Below are positions 20,838 to 29,251 of a DNA stretch of 64,000 nt, piece by piece. The position numbers and the translations under genes are program-made. The first letter of the stretch is position 1; every line of letters begins with the position of its first letter. The stretch covers positions 34,494 to 98,493 of the forward strand of contig CAVUKJ010000001.1 of NCBI GenBank assembly GCA_963742095.1. Direction: 5' to 3'. A model generated the notes under the pieces. That model had not been told where the DNA came from and did not search any database. It saw nothing but the letters and a program-made list of their open reading frames with translations. This DNA comes from an uncultured Alphaproteobacteria bacterium. Lineage in GTDB: Bacteria; Pseudomonadota; Alphaproteobacteria; Rhizobiales; Xanthobacteraceae.

Positions 20838-21638
20838 ATGGCTGGCCGTTTGCAGGACCGCATCGCCATCATCGCCGGCGCGGGCTCCGTCGGCCCCGGC
20901 TGGGGCAATGGCCGCGCCACCGCGGTGCGCTTTGCCGAGGAAGGCGCCAGGATCTTCGCGGTCGACCGCAATCCCGACAGCGCCGCCGAAACCGTCGACA
21001 AGGTCAAAGCCGTTGGTGGCGAGATCGTGGTGCATCAATGCGACGTGACCGACACCAAGTCGGTCGCCGCCATGGTGAAAGCTTGCATCGACCGCTTCGG
21101 CCGCGTCGACGTGCTGATGAACAATGTCGGCGGCTCGGCGCCGGGCGGCCCGGCGGAAATGAGCGAGGAGGTCTGGGAAACGCAGATCGACATGAACCTC
21201 ACGTCGGTGTTCCTCACCTGCAAGCACGTGCTGCCGGTCATGGAGAAGCAGAAGAAGGGCTCCATCATCAATGTCGCGTCGACCTCGGGCATCCGCTTCA
21301 CCGGTGCGTTCCAGGTCGGCTACGCCGCGACCAAGGCCGGCGTCATCCAGCTGTCACGCGTGGTCGCCGTGCAATACGCCGCCAAGGGCGTGCGCGTGAA
21401 TTCGATCGTCCCCGGCCAGCTGCACACGCCGATGGTGGAAGCGCGGCTGGCGCGGCAGCGCGCCGGCGGCGACGTCGCGGCGCTGCTCGAGCAGCGTTTG
21501 ACGCGAATTCCGATGGGCTTTGCCGGCGACGGCCGCGATACCGCCAATGCCGCGCTGTTTCTTGCCTCCGATGAATTGCGCTTCGTCACCGGAACCGAGC
21601 TCGTCGTCGACGGCGGCATGTCGGTACGGTGCGACTAG
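20838..21638 (+). CDS. SDR family oxidoreductase
   Basis: Gly-rich NAD(P) motif IIAGAGSVGPGWG and a YAATK catalytic YxxxK. Confidence 0.85.
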   Translation: MAGRLQDRIAIIAGAGSVGPGWGNGRATAVRFAEEGARIFAVDRNPDSAAETVDKVKAVGGEIVVHQCDVTDTKSVAAMVKACIDRFGRVDVLMNNVGGSAPGGPAEMSEEVWETQIDMNLTSVFLTCKHVLPVMEKQKKGSIINVASTSGIRFTGAFQVGYAATKAGVIQLSRVVAVQYAAKGVRVNSIVPGQLHTPMVEARLARQRAGGDVAALLEQRLTRIPMGFAGDGRDTANAALFLASDELRFVTGTELVVDGGMSVRCD

Positions 21639-21751
21639 AACGCAAATATTTCCGGTATTATGGCGCAGACGCTCACAATCCTGTGATGTTGCACCGGAAT
21701 CAATGTCGCGACACGTTCTAATTACAGTGTCACAGAAATGAGGGCACTGAC

Positions 21752-22057
21752 ATGAAACGAAAACTCATAGCAGTGGCGTCAGCCGCGACTATCGTTCTAA
21801 CGGCGGCAGTTGCCACACCTAGCAAAGTCGAAGCTCACTCGAGTGGCTGGTGGATTCCGGGAGCCATTGTCGGCGGCCTTGCTCTTGGAGCTATCGCTTC
21901 AGGCGCATACCGACCATATTATTATGGGTACGAAGACCCATACTATTACGGCGGCGGTCCGTACTATTACGGTGGTGGTCCCCATTATTATGGGCGACCT
22001 TACTACAGACATTACCATCACCACGGGTATTACAGACACTACCGCCACTACTACTGA
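21752..22057 (+). CDS. secreted glycine-zipper protein with Tyr/Gly/His-rich tail
   Basis: Signal peptide MKRKLIAVASAATIVLTAAVATPSKVEA, then a glycine zipper WWIPGAIVGGLALGAIASGAY, then PYYYGYEDPYYYGGGPYYYGGGPHYYGRPYYRHYHHHGYYRHYRHYY. It is the first gene after the GC drop. Confidence 0.55.
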   Translation: MKRKLIAVASAATIVLTAAVATPSKVEAHSSGWWIPGAIVGGLALGAIASGAYRPYYYGYEDPYYYGGGPYYYGGGPHYYGRPYYRHYHHHGYYRHYRHYY

Positions 22058-22081
22058 TACAGCGGTCGAGCCATTCCGCAC

Positions 22082-22169
22082 CCGCGTTGTCCGCTGTTAC
22101 TCCAATTGCGGACAACGCGGGCACGGCCTGATTTGTCCGCTTAGTGCCATTAAGCGACATCGTCCGCTT
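22082..22169. repeat. hairpin-repeat locus 0 (GTCCGC...GCGGAC family)
   Basis: Perfect 13-bp stem CCGCGTTGTCCGC / GCGGACAACGCGG (22082-22120), plus TTGTCCGCT-N11-AGCGACAT (22133-22160) and CGTCCGCTT. Confidence 0.7.
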
Positions 22170-22183
22170 GATTTGAAATGAAA

Positions 22184-22206
22184 GAGGCCGCCTCGGTAGC
22201 GGCCTC
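22184..22206 (-). terminator. intrinsic terminator downstream of the GYD gene
   Basis: GAGGCCGC-ctcggta-GCGGCCTC hairpin. On the minus strand it is followed by TTTCATTTCAAA. Confidence 0.5.
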
Positions 22207-22235
22207 GAAGGCGTAGATGCAGTGGCGTCGGCGTG

Positions 22236-22525
22236 TCAGCTAACGAGTTTGCTGAACTCATCAGGCGTGTAGCCGCGGACGGTCGTCGTGCGTGCATTGC
22301 CTGTCGCCGAGATGGCGCTCGCGAACTTCACCATGGCCTCACCGTTTGGCATTTCGACAGTTGCAACCACGTCAAATTGGCCGGTTGTCACATAGGCGCT
22401 GAGTAGCTTGCCGCCCAATTTCTCGGCCATGTCTTTAGATGCTTGATACCTTTTGCTGGAATCCTTTGCATTTTGGCACCTCGGTCGGTCCAATTCAGGA
22501 AGCAAATGAAAGTTGGCATTTGCAT
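22236..22525 (-). pseudogene. GYD-domain protein, frameshifted (1 nt missing in an A-run at 22471-22474) or sequencing error
   Basis: The N-terminus M(Q)MPTFICFLNWTDRGAK is in one frame. NAKDSSKRYQASKDMAEKLGGKLLSAYVTTGQFDVVATVEMPNGEAMVKFASAISATGNARTTTVRGYTPDEF is in the next frame. Total length is 3n+2. Confidence 0.7.
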
Positions 22526-22734
22526 ATCTTCGTCTGAGTTGCTTTTGCACGGTTTTCCGCTGTCCACGCAGGTGAGATACTATTCGAGATGCCGCATGCT
22601 TGGAATGCCCTCAACAGCGACTGATTCGACGTGCCCGCACTTTTCACAGCGGAACGTGTGAGCTCCGAGCGCGGCCCCACCTTTGGGGGCCGTTCTGACC
22701 CGCTTCATGTGCTGTTCACATGGGCAGCGGGGCG

Positions 22735-24552
22735 TTATTCGATGGCTGGCAGAGGAAGTGTGCAGTCCATGAGTTGCGCTTCGATCAGCGCGCGCTTGCG
22801 ATGTGTCAACTCATCGATTTTGCGCACGTGGGCGACTTCGATGCGTGCCGCGGCGCTCTGCGTAAATATTTCGAGCGTCTCAGTCTCATCTTCGGTTACC
22901 GGCGCTATCGCTAGGTCGGTATATTCGCTGCTGTGCGGGTCACGCTTAATTCCGAGATAGATCAGGCGCAGCCGGAGATACAGCGTGACCCACTTCGCCA
23001 CCTTCATAGCCGTCTTGACCAAATGGACCGGGTAGAAACGCCAGGCCGACACGACCGGCATGCCCGGCCGGCGGTCGCGGCGGAATTTGAGACGCAGAAA
23101 GCCGCCTTCGAGTGGGTGGATTTTCTCGTACTCGATGCTGCCCCTGAACCAGGTGAGCAGGAATAGCGCGTTACCCCCATTGCACCTCATCGCCGCAGCA
23201 CGGCGCAACACTGTAGTGATGTGGTCTGTCGTGTAGTAGTGCTGCCAAGCAAACTGATAGGCCTGCTCCCAATCTAAGCGCGACATCCGCGGGTGCGCGG
23301 TGGTGACATGGTTGGTGTCGTACTTATTCATGTCCGGGTCCATCGCAATCCCGGCCCTATGCAGCTTCTGGTGATCCTCCGAACCGGGTAGCGGTGTGAG
23401 TTGGAAGAATTCGAGCAAATCAATCGGCAACTCCTTCTTTATGACGTCGATATCGTGCCGTATTGATTCGACCGTGTCATTTGGGAAGCCGATGATGTAG
23501 CCCGCGTATGTAATTACACGTGCCGATTTCCATGCCAGAAGCATCTTGCGGTATTCGGTGATCTTGTTCTGGCGCTTCTTGGCGGCCGTAAGATTGGCGG
23601 GATTGATATTCTCAAGCCCGATGAACACGCGCCGAACACCTGCACGTCGACACTTTTCGATAAAGTTCGGGATGCGGTGACAGAGCGTATCGACTTGGAT
23701 GATCAGGCCGAACTTCAGTCCCTCCATCTCGCGCAATCGAATGAGGCGATCAAGAATCGGCTCCCACTCCCGATTACGCGCAAAATTATCGTCGGTAATG
23801 AAGAAGCTATGTAGACCATTGGTAAGGTTGGTGCGTACTATGTTCTCAACGTCATCCGCGGACCGGCTCCGCGACTTGCGGCCTTGCACATTGATGATGG
23901 TGCAGAAAGAGCACTGGTATGGACAACCGCGTCCAGCGTCAAAAGTCGTCACCCCGCCAAACGTGCGCCTCGCCTTTTCGGCGGCGATCAATGGAACTGG
24001 CGCGCCCTCGATACCCGGCAAGTCTTCCATGAAATTATAGAGTGGCTTGAGACGGCCCGCCCATGCGTCACTCAATACCTCATCGAGATGACCTTCCGCT
24101 TCGCCTGCAAATAACGACACGCCAAGCGTCTTAGCGCGATCAAGATCTGGATCGGCACCTTGCAGCATGCTGATGACGCCGGAGACATGGAAGCCGCCGA
24201 CGCCAACCTGGATACCGCGTTCGCGCAGCGGTCGTGCGATATCGAGTGAACGCGGGAATTGATTCGACTGCACGCCGACTAACATTACCATCCCGCCATC
24301 CGCCGCCGAAATCAGAGCTGCGATACGTTCAGGCCGGATACGGGTATTGGTTTCGTCGAAGGCGTCGATGACAATCTCAACATCGTCGCCGAGTACGCGC
24401 CGTTTTGCACAATCGTCGACAAGGCCATAAAGGGCGGCGAGCGAGTTTGACGGGATTGCTGAACGGTACCACTGAATGACATAGCCATCGTCGTCATAAT
24501 GCGACGGCTTGATCAGCACGACGCAAAACCGGCGCTTTCTTGGCAAAACCAC
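22735..24552 (-). CDS. B12-binding-domain radical SAM protein
   Basis: CPYQCSFC (CxxxCxxC). The N-terminal B12-binding-like region is VVLIKPSHYDDDGYVIQW...MVMLVGVQSNQFP. AGGAG lies 5 nt before the GTG at 24552; the longer ORF to 24642 is possible. Confidence 0.85.
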   Translation of the reverse strand: MVLPRKRRFCVVLIKPSHYDDDGYVIQWYRSAIPSNSLAALYGLVDDCAKRRVLGDDVEIVIDAFDETNTRIRPERIAALISAADGGMVMLVGVQSNQFPRSLDIARPLRERGIQVGVGGFHVSGVISMLQGADPDLDRAKTLGVSLFAGEAEGHLDEVLSDAWAGRLKPLYNFMEDLPGIEGAPVPLIAAEKARRTFGGVTTFDAGRGCPYQCSFCTIINVQGRKSRSRSADDVENIVRTNLTNGLHSFFITDDNFARNREWEPILDRLIRLREMEGLKFGLIIQVDTLCHRIPNFIEKCRRAGVRRVFIGLENINPANLTAAKKRQNKITEYRKMLLAWKSARVITYAGYIIGFPNDTVESIRHDIDVIKKELPIDLLEFFQLTPLPGSEDHQKLHRAGIAMDPDMNKYDTNHVTTAHPRMSRLDWEQAYQFAWQHYYTTDHITTVLRRAAAMRCNGGNALFLLTWFRGSIEYEKIHPLEGGFLRLKFRRDRRPGMPVVSAWRFYPVHLVKTAMKVAKWVTLYLRLRLIYLGIKRDPHSSEYTDLAIAPVTEDETETLEIFTQSAAARIEVAHVRKIDELTHRKRALIEAQLMDCTLPLPAIE

Positions 24553-24722
24553 GGCCGCTCCTAACTCAAGTACTCTAGAACGAAATGGCCAGGCGAACTC
24601 TGATCCCGCGTGAATGATAGTGATGGATTGTGTAGAACCCAACGGAAGTAAAAGCCTCTAGCATTATTATTCATTTTGGCCCCCGGAAGCCGACCACGAC
24701 AGTGCGGTCGGAATGTCCGAAC

Positions 24723-24833
24723 TCAACGTTCTTTCTTCTTCTCAGATTGATATTTGAATACGATAAAGCCGCCCAAAATCACAATTGCGGCGGAAAACAA
24801 AATCAAAAACGTAGTTGTGTCCAGCGTCATCAT
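24723..24833 (-). CDS. 36-aa single-TM micro-protein (paralog of 41264-41371)
   Basis: MMTLDTTTFLILFSAAIVILGGFIVFKYQSEKKKER. GGAGA lies 7 nt upstream. Too short for the ORF track. A clear paralog exists at 41264. Confidence 0.45.
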   Translation of the reverse strand: MMTLDTTTFLILFSAAIVILGGFIVFKYQSEKKKER

Positions 24834-25010
24834 GGGGCGATCTCCACTCGCACTATGCGCTTTATCCGATCACGCGGATAGAGCGTTCCATGCTCGGGCG
24901 TCGCGAACAAATCCATCAGACCATCGAGGGCGATGATTTCAGCATCGGTGGTGGCCGCGAGGTCGAGGTGCAAAAAAGCCACCCGGTGTTGCCGGTTTTG
25001 CCGCTGCCGA

Positions 25011-25109
25011 TCACCGGTCGTGAATTTTGCTGCGTGGTTCGATAGCGAACAAGTAAACGCTTGCGAGGGATAGAGCCGTCACGCCAAGCACTATGAGGAA
25101 TGTGTCCAT
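25011..25109 (-). CDS. 32-aa hydrophobic micro-protein
   Basis: MDTFLIVLGVTALSLASVYLFAIEPRSKIHDR. GGAG lies 8 nt upstream. Confidence 0.3.
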   Translation of the reverse strand: MDTFLIVLGVTALSLASVYLFAIEPRSKIHDR

Positions 25110-25266
25110 GACCTTTGCTCCAAGTAATTTTCAAGTAATTGGAGCATGCGCCAAGCGCGTGCACATAGATACAAGTCATTGGGAGCCGCATTAGTAGCTT
25201 GAGGGCCATCCAAAGGTTGGACAGTGAGCGCCCGATGTACGCTCTTGCGGTCGCTACCGGGGGTGA

Positions 25267-25319
25267 AGCGGATATCGGGAATTCAAGTCGCAATTCTGCT
25301 TTTGACCCAAAGCGGACAT
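25267..25319. repeat. hairpin-repeat locus A (degenerate)
   Basis: AGCGGATATcgggaattcaagtcgcAATTCTGCTtttgacccaaAGCGGACAT, parallel to 28808-28861. Confidence 0.6.
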
Positions 25320-25443
25320 TGGGGGCTGATCGGTGTCTGAGCCTGGTTGTGCCATCTAACTCACAGCCGGGTCGCAAAGTGCTACAATTTCGGCTTGGAG
25401 TAGGTTCAGCTCCTCAAATTACCTTGGAGCAAGGGGAATAGTC

Positions 25444-26196
25444 GTGAGTGCACTCGCTGTCTCGTTAATCGCGTTTGCGATCGTTTTCGGTGGGGCATTA
25501 CTCGGCATGTACGTCGCTCTACCGAAGAGCCATCTCCGCGAAGACGTAAAAGACGTTGTGAGGCTCAGTGCGGCTCTCATTGTGACGATAGCAGGTCTTG
25601 TCCTGGCGCTGCTGATCGCCTCGGCCAAGAACTCCTACGACGCCAGCAATACACAAATCAAACAGATCACTTCCAACATTATCTTCCTCGATATTCTGCT
25701 TGAGCAATACGGACCGGAGGCGCGTGACTTGCGCGTTGCCCTGCGCGACGCGGTCCCTCTAACGGTTGATCGGATTTGGAACGAACGCAATAATGGTAAT
25801 AAATCAGAACCATTTGTGGCGACCGCCGAGGCGATAGCATTTATCAAAAAAGTCCAAGAGCTCAAGCCGGACAGTGAAGCAAAACGTGATCTTCAAGCAC
25901 GAATGCTAGGCGCTATTGCCAATTTACAGCAATTGCGCTTTGCGCTCTTTGCTCAGGCGCACGATTCTATTTCAATAGCATTTCTTGTAATTCTCATTTT
26001 TTGGCTCACAATTATTTTTGGAAGCTTCGGCTTGTTTAGTCGACCAAATCCGATTGTAATCGTGACGTTTTTCGTTGGTGCGCTCTCAGTATCGGGTGCA
26101 ATTTTCCTTATCCTGGAAATGGATCGGCCTTTTGCTGGGCTATTGCAGATATCGAGTGAGCCGCTGCGCCATGCGCTTGCACCGCTTGCTGTCTGA
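25444..26196 (+). CDS. DUF4239-like (bestrophin-like) membrane protein
   Basis: 250 aa with N- and C-terminal TM pairs and a C-terminal GAIFLILEMDRPFAGLLQISSEP motif. Family recalled from memory, not searched. Confidence 0.55.
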   Translation: MSALAVSLIAFAIVFGGALLGMYVALPKSHLREDVKDVVRLSAALIVTIAGLVLALLIASAKNSYDASNTQIKQITSNIIFLDILLEQYGPEARDLRVALRDAVPLTVDRIWNERNNGNKSEPFVATAEAIAFIKKVQELKPDSEAKRDLQARMLGAIANLQQLRFALFAQAHDSISIAFLVILIFWLTIIFGSFGLFSRPNPIVIVTFFVGALSVSGAIFLILEMDRPFAGLLQISSEPLRHALAPLAV

Positions 26197-26383
26197 CCGC
26201 CCACTCTGCTCAGATCGCGATTGTAGGCACTGCCTGCTGCACTGCAGGAGTCCGCGCTGTCAAATTGACCGAGGTCAAAAAGACCTTTAGGTGAATTTTA
26301 ACCGACATAGAGCTAGTTTTATAAAATTCATTTACCAACGGGCCTGTGCGCGCCAGGGCAGGCCAACCAGAACGGTTTGAGAG

Positions 26384-27481
26384 ATGGGCGCCCCGGTAGG
26401 TTTGATCCGCGAGCTCGACAACGCGGTAACGCAAAGTTCGGACATTCGACGCGCGGCGATATTACGTCAATTGACCGATCTATTTCTTGTTGGCGCCGAT
26501 CATTTCTCTGACGATGAAATCAGTCTCGTTGACGACGTGTTTATGCAACTCGTCGTGACGATTGAAGAATCCTCGCGTGCATTGTTGGCAGCCAGACTTG
26601 GACCTTCGGCTAAGGCACCGCCCAAAGTGTTGGCGATGCTAGCCTCTGATGACGCAATTGAGATTGCTTCACCGGTGCTGATGCAATCTGAGTGCCTTTC
26701 CGTCGAGACTCTGATTGAATGCGCCAAAAAGAAGAGCCAGGAACATTTACTTGCGATATCGCGCCGCAGGTCCATCCCTAAATCAATCGCAGACATTTTG
26801 GTAGAGCGTGGGGACCGACAGGTTGCATTGAGCACGGCGATGAATGCGGGTGCTCGGTTTTCCACCAGCGGCTTTCGTACCCTTGTGCAGCGCGCTAAAG
26901 GTGACGACGAGCTTGCGAATTTTGTTGGAAGTCGAGCAGATATTCCACCGCTCATGTTTGAGCACCTGCTTGCAACTGCTTCGGGAACCGTCCGGGAAAA
27001 GCTCCAAGCCGAAAGGAAACATCCCAACAGTGAGATTGATACGGTCGTCGGAACTGTTGCCAATCAAATTCAGGCGCAAGCGAGAATCAATTCACCGCAC
27101 CGTGCGTCGGTTCGTGTGCTTATAAATTCACTGAACGAAGCGGGACAATTAAGCCCTGCAAAGCTAGATGAGTTTGTAAAAGCGGGAAGATTCGAGGAAA
27201 TTGTTGCTGCGCTTTCCCTTATGGCGAATATACCGGTCTCGGTTATCGAACGGACTTTAAACGACACCCGAGCAGAGTCTCTGATAGTCCTAGCAAGAGC
27301 CGTAGATCTTCCTTGGGAGACAACAAAAAATATTATATTGCTTGCTGCCAAGAAATTTCGGCGCAATCCCACGGACATCGTTAAATCAACGACGGCATTT
27401 CAACGCTTGAGCCCACATACCGCTCAACAAATTCTCGACTTCCATCGAACGCGTCCGCATATAAAACCGGTCCAACACTAG
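26384..27481 (+). CDS. DUF2336 domain protein
   Basis: 365 aa helical-repeat protein (AARLGPSAKAPPKVLAMLASDDAIEIASPVLMQSECLSVETLIECAK...) typical of Rhizobiales DUF2336. Confidence 0.65.
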   Translation: MGAPVGLIRELDNAVTQSSDIRRAAILRQLTDLFLVGADHFSDDEISLVDDVFMQLVVTIEESSRALLAARLGPSAKAPPKVLAMLASDDAIEIASPVLMQSECLSVETLIECAKKKSQEHLLAISRRRSIPKSIADILVERGDRQVALSTAMNAGARFSTSGFRTLVQRAKGDDELANFVGSRADIPPLMFEHLLATASGTVREKLQAERKHPNSEIDTVVGTVANQIQAQARINSPHRASVRVLINSLNEAGQLSPAKLDEFVKAGRFEEIVAALSLMANIPVSVIERTLNDTRAESLIVLARAVDLPWETTKNIILLAAKKFRRNPTDIVKSTTAFQRLSPHTAQQILDFHRTRPHIKPVQH

Positions 27482-27530
27482 ATCTAGTAACGCAAAACAT
27501 GCTCGCCGGGTCGAATGTCGGCTTTTGGGT

Positions 27531-28755
27531 GGCGGGTTCAACCGATGGACGCAACACCTTCTAATCTCGTTGGATTGGGAGGTGAGCGATGGAGGGGAAT
27601 GCACGGACGTGGTTTACACCCAAGCAAAGGGCAGAGCTTTGGGAGCGCTGGAAGAGCGGTCAGTGCGTGGCGGATATCGCCCGCGCACTGGAGCGGAGGA
27701 ACAAGAGCGGCGTCTATCGGGTTTTGGCTCTCAATGGAGGGATCGCCCCAGCGTTACGCCGGAGAGCTCCTCGCGCGCTGAGGCTTGTGGAGCGCGAAGA
27801 GATCTCGCGTGGCATTGCCGCTGGTTGGTCGATACGGCGGATCGCACAGGGATTGAGGCGCTCGCCATCAACGATCAGTCGGGAGATCAGACGTAACGGC
27901 GGTGGAAGCGCCTATCGCGCCAGTTGGGCCGACAGGCATGCTTGGGATCGGGCGTTGCGCCCGAAGTCTTGTCGCCTAGCGGGCCATGCGGAGCTACGAT
28001 GGCGCGTCGCGCAAAAGCTCGCGCTCCAGTGGTCGCCGAAGCAGATCTCCGGCTGGCTGAAGCGGCAATTCCCCGCCGACCAGGGCATGCAGGTATCGCA
28101 CGAGACGATCTATCGAAGCCTCTTTATTCAGGCACGCGGTGTGCTGAAGAAGGAGCTGATGGCACACCTGCGTAAAGCGCGGCAGATGCGACAAGCCAAG
28201 GGCGGCACCACCAAGAGCGGACTGGGACAGATCGTCGATGCGGTTTCCATCCGCGAACGGCCGGCCGAGGCCGAGGACCGCGCTGTGCCAGGCCACTGGG
28301 AAGGTGACCTTCTCTGCGGAGCAAACAACACACACATCGCGACGCTGGTCGAGCGACATACGCGCTTTGTGATGCTTATGAAGGTTCCGAGCAGGGACAC
28401 GGCGACCGTGGTTGCCGCACTCGCTAAACATGTGCGCAAACTGCCGCAAGAGCTGCGCCGATCACTGACCTGGGATCGCGGCAAGGAGATGGCTGACCAC
28501 AAGGGCTTCACGCTTGCCACCAACGTGCAGGTCTATTTCTGCGATCCACGCAGCCCTTGGCAGCGTGGCAGCAACGAGAACACCAACGGCTTGCTGCGGC
28601 AGTATTTCCCGAAAGGAACAGATCTCTCGCGCTTCTCCCAGGCCTATTTGAACAAGATCGCTACACGGCTCAATCAACGACCGCGGGAAACCTTGGGATT
28701 CGAAACGCCTGCCGATAGACTACGAGCGGTGTTGCAGTGACCGGTTGAACCCGCC
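27531..28755 (+). mobile_element. IS30-family insertion sequence (about 1.2 kb)
   Basis: Terminal inverted repeats GGCGGGTTCAACCG(a/g)T..GCAACACC at 27531 and, reverse-complemented, at 28755. A single transposase ORF fills the element. Confidence 0.8.
27589..28740 (+). CDS. IS30 family transposase
   Basis: 383 aa with N-terminal HTH regions and a DDE core carrying DRGKEMADH and NENTNGLLRQYFPKGTDLS. Confidence 0.9.
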   Translation: MEGNARTWFTPKQRAELWERWKSGQCVADIARALERRNKSGVYRVLALNGGIAPALRRRAPRALRLVEREEISRGIAAGWSIRRIAQGLRRSPSTISREIRRNGGGSAYRASWADRHAWDRALRPKSCRLAGHAELRWRVAQKLALQWSPKQISGWLKRQFPADQGMQVSHETIYRSLFIQARGVLKKELMAHLRKARQMRQAKGGTTKSGLGQIVDAVSIRERPAEAEDRAVPGHWEGDLLCGANNTHIATLVERHTRFVMLMKVPSRDTATVVAALAKHVRKLPQELRRSLTWDRGKEMADHKGFTLATNVQVYFCDPRSPWQRGSNENTNGLLRQYFPKGTDLSRFSQAYLNKIATRLNQRPRETLGFETPADRLRAVLQ

Positions 28756-28861
28756 GCCATTAGCGGACATTCCGACTACGCGGGCGAATGTCTGCTTTCG
28801 GGGCTAAAGCGGACATCAGAAATTCAAGCCGCAATGTCTGCTAATGACCCAAAGCGGACAT
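28756..28861. repeat. hairpin-repeat locus B (three units; first unit split by the IS30, left arm at 27515-27523)
   Basis: AGCGGACAT (28762), ATGTCTGCTttcggggctaaAGCGGACAT (28788-28816), ATGTCTGCTaatgacccaaAGCGGACAT (28834-28861). Confidence 0.8.
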
Positions 28862-28994
28862 TGCGAGCCGACGTTTAAGTTTACGGCCATTTTAATTGCC
28901 GCCCCGAACTCCGTTGCGTTGACTGCAATAGTGCGGGCTGCCGTTTTTCCTTCCTAAGGCTTTGACGGCTGCCACCATCCTCCACTTACGCATC

Positions 28995-29021
28995 GGGGGG
29001 CGTCAGCGGCCCCCTTTTTTT
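28995..29021 (+). terminator. intrinsic terminator
   Basis: GGGGG(g)CG-tcag-CG(g)CCCCC followed by T7. Confidence 0.5.
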
Positions 29022-29055
29022 GATCTTCGACGCGGCCGCCGTTCGTGGGAGTGCA

Positions 29056-29217
29056 TCAATCGTCGCTGTCCTCGTCCATGCGGTCGTGCTTGTCGCCTAG
29101 ATCGCGCCAAGCTTGGGCGATTTGCAGTAGCCGCGCTCTGTCGGCCGGATCGCGCACTCTTTGCGCCAGCGCTACGCATTCGTCCGCGTAGCGCCGAAAT
29201 TCATCGCCTGACGCCAT
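29056..29217 (-). CDS. small helical protein, family member a
   Basis: MASGDEFRRYADECVALAQRVRDPADRARLLQIAQAWRDLGDKHDRMDEDSDD. It shares the Y..A.EC...A ... L..IA..W..L pattern with 7 other ORFs in the island. Confidence 0.5.
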   Translation of the reverse strand: MASGDEFRRYADECVALAQRVRDPADRARLLQIAQAWRDLGDKHDRMDEDSDD

Positions 29218-29251
29218 CCGCTTTGACCCCGACGTATTTCCGACGTGTAAA

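Noticed and set aside
21810-22181. Overlapping ORFs in other frames and on the other strand across the Tyr-rich gene.
   Set aside because: They are frame shadows of the repetitive TAC/TAT/GGC codons. Only the 21752 frame has a signal peptide and a sensible start.
22735-25109. RiPP cluster interpretation: radical SAM plus two upstream peptides.
   Set aside because: The peptides are plain TM helices with Lys-rich tails. One has a paralog unlinked to any rSAM. No protease, transporter or RRE is nearby. The observation is kept only as a context note.
24916-25377. 153-aa minus-strand ORF.
   Set aside because: It spans hairpin-repeat locus A and intergenic AT-rich DNA. It has no SD and no family resemblance.
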